The notes beneath the pieces are model-generated. The model had not been told where the DNA came from and ran no database searches. It saw only the letters and a list, made by a program, of their open reading frames with translations. From Auanema rhodensis (taxonomy: Eukaryota > Animalia > Nematoda): DNA of 64,000 nucleotides. Of this stretch, positions 1-11,232 are shown piece after piece (within the stretch, counting starts at the first letter, position 1; the number at the start of each line of letters is the position of its first letter). The position numbers were made by a program, and so were the translations under genes. The DNA lies in NCBI GenBank assembly GCA_964057225.1, contig OZ059898.1:20584001-20648000 (forward strand). The letters are read 5' to 3'.

Positions 1-7
1 TTAGTGT

Positions 8-35
8 ATGTTGAGTTTCCATGTACACTCAACAT
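8..35. other. Inverted repeat 1, at the equivalent position in each monomer: 9-bp stem, 10-nt loop
   Basis: ATGTTGAGT (8-16) is the exact reverse complement of ACTCAACAT (27-35). Confidence 0.9.
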
Positions 36-42
36 TGCTTCC

Positions 43-108
43 AAAAACATTTTGACAAAAATTTTTTCGAAAAATTTCAAAATAATTTAGCAAAAAGTAG
101 ATGTTTTT
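43..108. other. AT-rich nested palindromic and A-tract segment
   Basis: TTTTTCGAAAAA (63-74) is a perfect palindrome. ATTTTGA (49-55) pairs with TCAAAAT (77-83) and AAAAACAT (43-50) with ATGTTTTT (101-108). A/T tracts start at about 43, 57, 70, 79, 92 and 104. Confidence 0.8.
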
Positions 109-185
109 AGATTCCTTCATTCAAGGCAAAGACGATGGACAATGTTATTCAACGAAAAAATTAATTCTTCAGGGTGAAAATCGAG

Positions 186-207
186 GATATAAGTGTGAAC
201 TTATATC
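186..207. other. Inverted repeat 2: 9-bp stem with GTGA 4-nt loop
   Basis: GATATAAGT (186-194), GTGA, ACTTATATC (199-207). Confidence 0.9.
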
Positions 208-572
208 AGTTGATATCTCGGTGCATTTTTAAGCTAGCGCAAATCTGATAACACAGATCGACGCAACTTAACAATCCGCATCGAATGCACTATACTACAT
301 TGAGAAACGCTTAATACAAAAATTAGTTATGATTCCTTGAAAAATGATGCATTAGTGTATGTTGAGTTTCCATGTACACTCAACATTGCTTCCAAAAACA
401 TTTTGACAAAAATTTTTTCGAAAAATTTCAGAATAATTTAGCAAAAAGTAGATGTTTTTAGATTCCATTTTTCAAGGCAAAGACGATGGACAATGTTATT
501 CAACGAAAAAATTATTCCTTCAGGGTGAAAATCGAGGATATAAGTGTGAACTTATATCAGTTGATATCTCGG

Positions 573-631
573 TGCATTTTTAAGCTAGCGCAAATCTGAT
601 AACACAGATCGACGCAGCTTAAAAATCCGCA
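573..631. other. Inverted repeat 3 (shown in copy 2; monomer positions 222-280): long imperfect hairpin
   Basis: ATTTTTAAGCT (576-586) / AGCTTAAAAAT (616-626) is an 11-bp perfect stem. Inside it GCG/CGC and ATCTG/CAGAT close a 6-nt loop ATAACA; outside it TGC/GCA. Confidence 0.9.
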
Positions 632-3510
632 TCGAATGCACTATACTACATTGAGAAACGCTTAATACAAAAATCAGTTATGATCGTTTGAAAAATGATG
701 CATTAGTGTATGTTGAGTTTCCATGTACACTCAACATTGCTTCCAAAAACATTTTGACAAAAATTTTTTCGAAAAATTTCAAAATAATTTAGCAAAAAGT
801 AGATGTTTTTAGATTCCTTTATTCAAGGCAAAGACGATGGACAATGTTATTCAACGAAAAAATTAATTCTTCAGGGTGAAAATCGAGGATATAAATGTGA
901 ACTTATATCAGTTGATATCTCGGTGCATTTTTAAGCTAGCGCAAATCTGATAACACAGATCGACGCAGCTTAAAAATCCGCATCGAATGCACTATACTAC
1001 ATTGAGAAACGCTTAATACAAAAATTAGTTATGATCGTTTGAAAAATGATGCATTAGTGTATGTTGAGTTTCCATGTACACTCAACATTGCTTCCAAAAA
1101 CATTTTGACAAAAATTTTTTTGAAAAATTTCAGAATAATTTAGCAAAAAGTAGATGTTTTTAGATTCCATTTTTCAAGGCAAAGACGATGGACAATGTTA
1201 TTCAACGAAAAAATTAATTCTTCAGGGTGAAAATCGAGGATATAAGTGTGAACTTATATCAGTTGATATCTCGGTGCATTTTTAAGCTAGCGCAAATCTG
1301 ATAACACAGATCGGCGCAGCTTAAAAATCCGCATCGAATGCACTATACTACATTGAGAAACGCTTAATACAAAAATTAGTTATGATCCTTTGAAAAATGA
1401 TGCATTAGTGTATGTTGAGTTTCCATGTACACTCAACAATGCTTCCAAAAACACTTTGACAAAAATTTTTTCGAAAAATTTCAAAATAATTTAGCAAAAA
1501 GTAGATGTTTTTAGATTCCTTTTTTCAAGGCAAAGACGATGGACAATGTTATTCAACGAAAAAATTATTCCTTCACGGTGAAAATCGAGGATATAAGTGT
1601 GAACTTATATCAGTTGATATCTCGGTGCATTTTTAAGCTAGCGCAAATCTGATAACACAGATCGACGCAGCTTAAAAATCCGCATCGAATGCACTATACT
1701 ACATTGAGAAACGCTTAATACAAAAATTAGTTATGATCCTTTGAAAAATGATGCATTAGTGTATGTTGAGTTTCCATGTACACTCAACAATGCTTCCAAA
1801 AACACTTTGACAAAAATTTTTTCGAAAAATTTCAAAATAATTTAGCAAAAAGTAGATGTTTTTAGATTCCATTTTTCAAGGCAAAGACGATGGACATTGT
1901 TATTCAACGAAAAAATTAATTCTTCAGGGTGAAAATCGAGGATATAAGTGTGAACTTATATCAGTTGATATCTCGGTGCATTTTTAAGCTAGCGCAAATC
2001 TGATAACACAGATCGACGCAGCTTAAAAATCCGCAACGAATGCACTATACTACATTGAGAAACGCTTAATACAAAAATTAGTTATGATCGTTTGAAAAAT
2101 GATGCATTAGTGTATGTTGAGTTTCCATGTACACTCAACATTGCTTCCAAAAACATTTTGACAAAAATTTTTTTGAAAAATTTCAGAATAATTTAGCAAA
2201 AAGTAGATGTTTTTAGATTCCATTTTTCAAGGCAAAGACGATGGACATTGTTATTCAACGAAAAAATTAATTCTTCAGGGTGAAAATCGAGGATATAAGT
2301 GTGAACTTATATCAGTTGATATCTCGGTGCATTTTTAAGCTAGCGCAAATCTGATAACACAGATCGACGCAGCTTAAAAATCCGCAACGAATGCACTATA
2401 CTACATTGAGAAACGCTTAATACAAAAATTAGTTATGATCGTTTGAAAAATGATGCATTAGTGTATGTTGAATTTCCATGTACACTCAACATTGCTTCCA
2501 AAAACATTTTGACAAAAATTTTTTTGAAAAATTTCAGAATAATTTAGCAAAAAGTAGATGTTTTTAGATTCCATTTTTCAAGGCAAAGACGATGGACAAT
2601 GTTATTCAACGAAAAAATTAATTCTTCAGGGTGAAAATCGAGGATATAAGTGCGAACTTATATCAGTTGATATCTCGGTGCATTTTTAAGCTAGCGCAAA
2701 TCTGATAACACAGATCGGCGCAGCTTAAAAATCCGCATCGAATGCACTATACTACATTGAGAAACGCTTAATACAAAAATTAGTTATGATCCTTTGAAAA
2801 ATGATGCATTAGTGTATGTTGAGTTTCCATGTACACTCAACAATGCTTCCAAAAACACTTTGACAAAAATTTTTTCGAAAAATTTCAAAATAATTTAGCA
2901 AAAAGTAGATGTTTTTAGATTCCTTTTTTCAAGGCAAAGACGATGGACAATGTTATTCAACGAAAAAATTATTCCTTCACGGTGAAAATCGAGGATATAA
3001 GTGTGAACTTATATCAGTTGATATCTCGGTGCATTTTTAAGCTAGCGCAAATCTGATAACACAGATCGACGCAGCTTAAAAATCCGCATCGAATGCACTA
3101 TACTACATTGAGAAACGCTTAATACAAAAATTAATTATGATCGTTTGAAAAATGATGCATTAGTGTATGTTGAGTTTCCATGTACACTCAACATTGCTTC
3201 CAAAAACATTTTGACAAAAATTTTTTCGAAAAATTTCAAAATAATTTAGCAAAAAGTAGATGTTTTTAAATTTCTTATTTCAAGACAAAGACGATGGACA
3301 TTGTTATTCAACGAAAAAATTAATTCTTCAGGGTGAAAATCGAGGATATAAGTGTGAACTTATATCAGTTGATATCTCGGTGCATTTTTAAGCTAGCGCA
3401 AATCTGATAACACAGATCGACGCAGCTTAAAAATCCGCATCGAATGCACTATACTACATTGAGAAACGCTTAATACAAAAATTAGTTATGATCGTTTGAA
3501 AAATGATGCA

Positions 3511-5616
3511 TTAGTGTATGTTGAGTTTCCATGTACACTCAACATTGCTTCCAAAAACATTTTGACAAAAATTTTTTCGAAAAATTTCAAAATAATTTAG
3601 CAAAAAGTAGATGTTTTTAGATTCCTTCATTCAAGGCAAAGACGATGGACAATGTTATTCAACGAAAAAATTAATTCTTCAGGGTGAAAATCGAGGATAT
3701 AAGTGTGAACTTATATCAGTTGATATCTCGGTGCATTTTTAAGCTAGCGCAAATCTGATAACACAGATCGACGCAGCTTAACAATCCGCATCGAATGCAC
3801 TATACTACATTGAGAAACGCTTAATACAAAAATTAGTTATGATTCCTTGAAAAATGATGCATTAGTGTATGTTGAGTTTCCATGTACACTCAACATTGCT
3901 TCCAAAAACATTTTGACAAAAATTTTTTCGAAAAATTTCAGAATAATTTAGCAAAAAGTAGATGTTTTTAGATTCCATTTTTCAAGGCAAAGACGATGGA
4001 CAATGTTATTCAACGAAAAAATTATTCCTTCAGGGTGAAAATCGAGGATATAAGTGTGAACTTATATCAGTTGATATCTCGGTGCATTTTTAAGCTAGCG
4101 CAAATCTGATAACACAGATCGACGCAGCTTAAAAATCCGCATCGAATGCACTATACTACATTGAGAAACGCTTAATACAAAAATTAGTTATGATCCCTTG
4201 AAAAATGATGCATTAGTGTATGTTGAGTTTCCATGTACACTCAACATTGCTTCCAAAAACATTTTGACAAAAATTTTTTCGAAAAATTTCAGAATAATTT
4301 AGCAAAAAGTAGATGTTTTTAGATTCCATTTTTCAAGGCAAAGACGATGGACAATGTTATTCAACGAAAAAATTATTCCTTCAGGGTGAAAATCGAGGAT
4401 ATAAGTGTGAACTTATATCAGTTGATATCTCGGTGCATTTTTAAGCTAGCGCAAATCTGATAACACAGATCGACGCAGCTTAAAAATCCGCATCGAATGC
4501 ACTATACTACATTGAGAAACGCTTAATACAAAAATTAGTTATGATCGTTTGAAAAATGATGCATTAGTGTATGTTGAGTTTCCATGTACACTCAACATTG
4601 CTTCCAAAAACATTTTGACAAAAATTTTTTCGAAAAATTTCAAAATAATTTAGCAAAAAGTAGATGTTTTTAGATTCCTTCATTCAAGGCAAAGACGATG
4701 GACAATGTTATTCAACGAAAAAATTAATTCTTCAGGGTGAAAATCGAGGATATAAGTGTGAACTTATATCAGTTGATATCTCGGTGCATTTTTAAGCTAG
4801 CGCAAATCTGATAACACAGATCGACGCAGCTTAACAATCCGCATCGAATGCACTATACTACATTGAGAAACGCTTAATACAAAAATTAGTTATGATTCCT
4901 TGAAAAATGATGCATTAGTGTATGTTGAGTTTCCATGTACACTCAACATTGCTTCCAAAAACATTTTGACAAAAATTTTTTCGAAAAATTTCAGAATAAT
5001 TTAGCAAAAAGTAGATGTTTTTAGATTCCATTTTTCAAGGCAAAGACGATGGACAATGTTATTCAACGAAAAAATTATTCCTTCAGGGTGAAAATCGAGG
5101 ATATAAGTGTGAACTTATATCAGTTGATATCTCGGTGCATTTTTAAGCTAGCGCAAATCTGATAACACAGATCGACGCAGCTTAAAAATCCGCATCGAAT
5201 GCACTATACTACATTGAGAAACGCTTAATACAAAAATTAGTTATGATCCCTTGAAAAATGATGCATTAGTGTATGTTGAGTTTCCATGTACACTCAACAT
5301 TGCTTCCAAAAACATTTTGACAAAAATTTTTTCGAAAAATTTCAGAATAATTTAGCAAAAAGTAGATGTTTTTAGATTCCATTTTTCAAGGCAAAGACGA
5401 TGGACAATGTTATTCAACGAAAAAATTATTCCTTCAGGGTGAAAATCGAGGATATAAGTGTGAACTTATATCAGTTGATATCTCGGTGCATTTTTAAGCT
5501 AGCGCAAATCTGATAACACAGATCGACGCAGCTTAAAAATCCGCATCGAATGCACTATACTACATTGAGAAACGCTTAATACAAAAATTAGTTATGATCG
5601 TTTGAAAAATGATGCA
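3511..5616. repeat. Local trimeric higher-order repeat (F-E-E) x2, 1053-bp period
   Basis: Copies 11-13 and 14-16 share rare TTAACAATCC and GATTCCTTG in the first monomer, end GATCCCTTG in the second and GATCGTTTG in the third. Confidence 0.85.
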
Positions 5617-8600
5617 TTAGTGTATGTTGAGTTTCCATGTACACTCAACATTGCTTCCAAAAACATTTTGACAAAAATTTTTTTGAAAAATTTCAGAATA
5701 ATTTAGCAAAAAGTAGATGTTTTTAGATTCCATTTTTCAAGGCAAAGACGATGGACAATGTTATTCAACGAAAAAATTAATTCTTCAGGGTGAAAATCGA
5801 GGATATAAGTGTGAACTTATATCAGTTGATATCTCGGTGCATTTTTAAGCTAGCGCAAATCTGATAACACAGATCGGCGCAGCTTAAAAATCCGCATCGA
5901 ATGCACTATACTACATTGAGAAACGCTTAATACAAAAATTAGTTATGATCCTTTGAAAAATGATGCATTAGTGTATGTTGAGTTTCCATGTACACTCAAC
6001 AATGCTTCCAAAAACACTTTGACAAAAATTTTTTCGAAAAATTTCAAAATAATTTAGCAAAAAGTAGATGTTTTTAGATTCCTTTTTTCAAGGCAAAGAC
6101 GATGGACAATGTTATTCAACGAAAAAATTATTCCTTCACGGTGAAAATCGAGGATATAAGTGTGAACTTATATCAGTTGATATCTCGGTGCATTTTTAAG
6201 CTAGCGCAAATCTGATAACACAGATCGACGCAGCTTAAAAATCCGCATCGAATGCACTATACTACATTGAGAAACGCTTAATACAAAAATTAGTTATGAT
6301 CGTTTGAAAAATGATGCATTAGTGTATGTTGAGTTTCCATGTACACTCAACATTGCTTCCAAAAACATTTTGACAAAAATTTTTTCGAAAAATTTCAAAA
6401 TAATTTAGCAAAAAGTAGATGTTTTTAGATTCCATTTTTCAAGGCAAAGACGATGGACATTGTTATTCAACGAAAAAATTAATTCTTCAGGGTGAAAATC
6501 GAGGATATAAGTGTGAACTTATATCAGTTGATATCTCGGTGCATTTTTAAGCTAGCGCAAATCTGATAACACAGATCGACGCAGCTTAAAAATCCGCAAC
6601 GAATGCACTATACTACATTGAGAAACGCTTAATACAAAAATTAGTTATGATCGTTTGAAAAATGATGCATTAGTGTATGTTGAGTTTCCATGTACACTCA
6701 ACATTGCTTCCAAAAACATTTTGACAAAAATTTTTTCGAAAAATTTCAAAATAATTTAGCAAAAAGTAGATGTTTTTAAATTTTTTATTTCAAGACAAAG
6801 ACGATGGACATTGTTATTCAACGAAAAAATTAATTCTTCAGGGTGAAAATCGAGGATATAAGTGTGAACTTATATCAGTTGATATCTCGGTGCATTTTTA
6901 AGCTAGCGCAAATCTGATAACACAGATCGACGCAGCTTAAAAATCCGCATCGAATGCACTATACTACATTGAGAAACGCTTAATACAAAAATTAGTTATG
7001 ATCGTTTGAAAAATGATGCATTAGTGTATGTTGAGTTTCCATGTACACTCAACATTGCTTCCAAAAACATTTTGACAAAAATTTTTTCGAAAAATTTCAA
7101 AATAATTTAGCAAAAAGTAGATGTTTTTAGATTCCATTTTTCAAGGCAAAGACGATGGACATTGTTATTCAACGAAAAAATTAATTCTTCAGGGTGAAAA
7201 TCGAGGATATAAGTGTGAACTTATATCAGTTGATATCTCGGTGCATTTTTAAGCTAGCGCAAATCTGATAACACAGATCGACGCAGCTTAAAAATCCGCA
7301 ACGAATGCACTATACTACATTGAGAAACGCTTAATACAAAAATTAGTTATGATCGTTTGAAAAATGATGCATTAGTGTATGTTGAGTTTCCATGTACACT
7401 CAACATTGCTTCCAAAAACATTTTGACAAAAATTTTTTCGAAAAATTTCAAAATAATTTAGCAAAAAGTAGATGTTTTTAGATTCCTTCATTCAAGGCAA
7501 AGACGATGGACAATGTTATTCAACGAAAAAATTAATTCTTCAGGGTGAAAATCGAGGATATAAGTGTGAACTTATATCAGTTGATATCTCGGTGCATTTT
7601 TAAGCTAGCGCAAATCTGATAACACAGATCGACGCAGCTTAAAAATCCGCATCGAATGCACTATACTACATTGAGAAACGCTTAATACAAAAATTAGTTA
7701 TGATCCCTTGAAAAATGATGCATTAGTGTATGTTGAGTTTCCATGTACACTCAACATTGCTTCCAAAAACATTTTGACAAAAATTTTTTCGAAAAATTTC
7801 AAAATAATTTAGCAAAAAGTAGATGTTTTTAGATTCCTTTATTCAAGGCAAAGACGATGGACAATGTTATTCAACGAAAAAATTAATTCTTCAGGGTGAA
7901 AATCGAGGATATAAATGTGAACTTATATCAGTTGATATCTCGGTGCATTTTTAAGCTAGCGCAAATCTGATAACACAGATCGACGCAGCTTAAAAATCCG
8001 CATCGAATGCACTATACTACATTGAGAAACGCTTAATACAAAAATTAGTTATGATCGTTTGAAAAATGATGCATTAGTGTATGTTGAGTTTCCATGTACA
8101 CTCAACATTGCTTCCAAAAACATTTTGACAAAAATTTTTTTGAAAAATTTCAGAATAATTTAGCAAAAAGTAGATGTTTTTAGATTCCATTTTTCAAGGC
8201 AAAGACGATGGACAATGTTATTCAACGAAAAAATTAATTCTTCAGGGTGAAAATCGAGGATATAAGTGTGAACTTATATCAGTTGATATCTCGGTGCATT
8301 TTTAAGCTAGCGCAAATCTGATAACACAGATCGGCGCAGCTTAAAAATCCGCATCGAATGCACTATACTACATTGAGAAACGCTTAATACAAAAATTAGT
8401 TATGATCCTTTGAAAAATGATGCATTAGTGTATGTTGAGTTTTCATGTACACTCAACAATGCTTCCAAAAACACTTTGACAAAAATTTTTTCGAAAAATT
8501 TCAAAATAATTTAGCAAAAAGTAGATGTTTTTAGATTCCTTTTTTCAAGGCAAAGACGATGGACAATGTTATTCAACGAAAAAATTATTCCTTCACGGTG

Positions 8601-11232
8601 AAAATCGAGGATATAAGTGTGAACTTATATCAGTTGATATCTCGGTGCATTTTTAAGCTAGCGCAAATCTGATAACACAGATCGACGCAGCTTAAAAATC
8701 CGCATCGAATGCACTATACTACATTGAGAAACGCTTAATACAAAAATTAGTTATGATCCTTTGAAAAATGATGCATTAGTGTATGTTGAGTTTTCATGTA
8801 CACTCAACAATGCTTCCAAAAACACTTTGACAAAAATTTTTTCGAAAAATTTCAAAATAATTTAGCAAAAAGTAGATGTTTTTAGATTCCTTTTTTCAAG
8901 GCAAAGACGATGGACAATGTTATTCAACGAAAAAATTATTCCTTCACGGTGAAAATCGAGGATATAAGTGTGAACTTATATCAGTTGATATCTCGGTGCA
9001 TTTTTAAGCTAGCGCAAATCTGATAACACAGATCGACGCAGCTTAAAAATCCGCATCGAATGCACTATACTACATTGAGAAACGCTTAATACAAAAATTA
9101 GTTATGATCGTTTGAAAAATGATGCATTAGTGTATGTTGAGTTTCCATGTACACTCAACATTGCTTCCAAAAACATTTTGACAAAAATTTTTTCGAAAAA
9201 TTTCAAAATAATTTAGCAAAAAGTAGATGTTTTTAAATTTTTTATTTCAAGACAAAGACGATGGACATTGTTATTCAACGAAAAAATTAATTCTTCAGGG
9301 TGAAAATCGAGGATATAAGTGTGAACTTATATCAGTTGATATCTCGGTGCATTTTTAAGCTAGCGCAAATCTGATAACACAGATCGACGCAGCTTAAAAA
9401 TCCGCAACGAATGCACTATACTACATTGAGAAACGCTTAATACAAAAATTAGTTATGATCGTTTGAAAAATGATGCATTAGTGTATGTTGAGTTTCCATG
9501 TACACTCAACATTGCTTCCAAAAACATTTTGACAAAAATTTTTTCGAAAAATTTCAAAATAATTTAGCAAAAAGTAGATGTTTTTAGATTCCTTCATTCA
9601 AGGCAAAGACGATGGACAATGTTATTCAACGAAAAAATTAATTCTTCAGGGTGAAAATCGAGGATATAAGTGTGAACTTATATCAGTTGATATCTCGGTG
9701 CATTTTTAAGCTAGCGCAAATCTGATAACACAGATCGACGCAGCTTAAAAATCCGCATCGAATGCACTATACTACATTGAGAAACGCTTAATACAAAAAT
9801 TAGTTATGATCCCTTGAAAAATGATGCATTAGTGTATGTTGAGTTTCCATGTACACTCAACATTGCTTCCAAAAACATTTTGACAAAAATTTTTTCGAAA
9901 AATTTCAGAATAATTTAGCAAAAAGTAGATGTTTTTAGATTCCATTTTTCAAGGCAAAGACGATGGACAATGTTATTCAACGAAAAAATTATTCCTTCAG
10001 GGTGAAAATCGAGGATATAAGTGTGAACTTATATCAGTTGATATCTCGGTGCATTTTTAAGCTAGCGCAAATCTGATAACACAGATCGACGCAGCTTAAA
10101 AATCCGCAACGAATGCACTATACTACATTGAGAAACGCTTAATACAAAAATTAGTTATGATCGTTTGAAAAATGATGCATTAGTGTATGTTGAGTTTCCA
10201 TGTACTCTCAACATTGCTTCCAAAAACATTTTGACAAAAATTTTTTCGAAAAATTTCAAAATAATTTAGCAAAAAGTAGATGTTTTTAAATTTTTTATTT
10301 CAAGACAAAGACGATGGACATTGTTATTCAACGAAAAAATTAATTCTTCAGGGTGAAAATCGAGGATATAAGTGTGAACTTATATCAGTTGATATCTCGG
10401 TGCATTTTTAAGCTAGCGCAAATCTGATAACACAGATCGACGCAGCTTAAAAATCCGCAACGAATGCACTATACTACATTGAGAAACGCTTAATACAAAA
10501 ATTAGTTATGATCGTTTGAAAAATGATGCATTAGTGTATGTTGAGTTTCCATGTACACTCAACATTGCTTCCAAAAACATTTTGACAAAAATTTTTTCGA
10601 AAAATTTCAAAATAATTTAGCAAAAAGTAGATGTTTTTAGATTCCTTCATTCAAGGCAAAGACGATGGACAATGTTATTCAACGAAAAAATTAATTCTTC
10701 AGGGTGAAAATCGAGGATATAAGTGTGAACTTATATCAGTTGATATCTCGGTGCATTTTTAAGCTAGCGCAAATCTGATAACACAGATCGACGCAGCTTA
10801 AAAATCCGCATCGAATGCACTATACTACATTGAGAAACGCTTAATACAAAAATTAGTTATGATCCCTTGAAAAATGATGCATTAGTGTATGTTGAGTTTC
10901 CATGTACACTCAACATTGCTTCCAAAAACATTTTGACAAAAATTTTTTCGAAAAATTTCAGAATAATTTAGCAAAAAGTAGATGTTTTTAGATTCCATTT
11001 TTCAAGGCAAAGACGATGGACAATGTTATTCAACGAAAAAATTATTCCTTCAGGGTGAAAATCGAGGATATAAGTGTGAACTTATATCAGTTGATATCTC
11101 GGTGCATTTTTAAGCTAGCGCAAATCTGATAACACAGATCGACGCAGCTTAAAAATCCGCATCGAATGCACTATACTACATTGAGAAACGCTTAATACAA
11201 AAATTAGTTATGATCGTTTGAAAAATGATGCA

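Larger units (their letters stand above)
1..351. repeat. Reference monomer (copy 1, type F; phase arbitrary)
   Basis: 351 bp, hand count about 55 G + 56 C (about 32% GC). Most copies carry EcoRV GATATC (212-217), NheI GCTAGC (233-238) and an NsiI ATGCAT site at the monomer junction. Confidence 0.98.

Noticed and set aside
65-81. CENP-B box (TTCG....A..CGGG)
   Set aside because: TTCGAAAAA matches the first half only; the CGGG half is absent.
21-110. 29-codon ORF starting ATGTACACT
   Set aside because: Low-complexity translation of A/T tracts with no coding support.
166-251. Hammerhead ribozyme as in some transcribed satellites (CUGAAGA on - strand at 166-172; CUGAUAA on + strand at 245-251)
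   Set aside because: No stem II followed by GAAA, no stems I/III found. The + motif lacks the conserved G8 and the - motif is lost in C/E types. A covariance-model search would be the formal test.
1-351. 5S rRNA, tRNA or snRNA tandem gene unit
   Set aside because: No recognisable 5S, cloverleaf or pol III A/B box sequence, and the unit is very AT-rich.
1-351. Internal dimer of two ~175-bp subunits
   Set aside because: No convincing similarity between the halves by eye beyond short A-tract words; an ancient diverged dimer cannot be excluded without alignment.
1-351. Assignment to a named ~350-bp satellite family (e.g. beetle or cucurbit satellites)
   Set aside because: Only the length is similar; I do not recognise the sequence and cannot run a database search.
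486-599. 37-codon ORF (MDNVIQRKNYSFRVKIEDISVNLYQLISRCIFKLAQI) in C/E-type monomers
   Set aside because: Short, truncated by TAA after 9 codons in the other types, no recognisable motif; consistent with chance.
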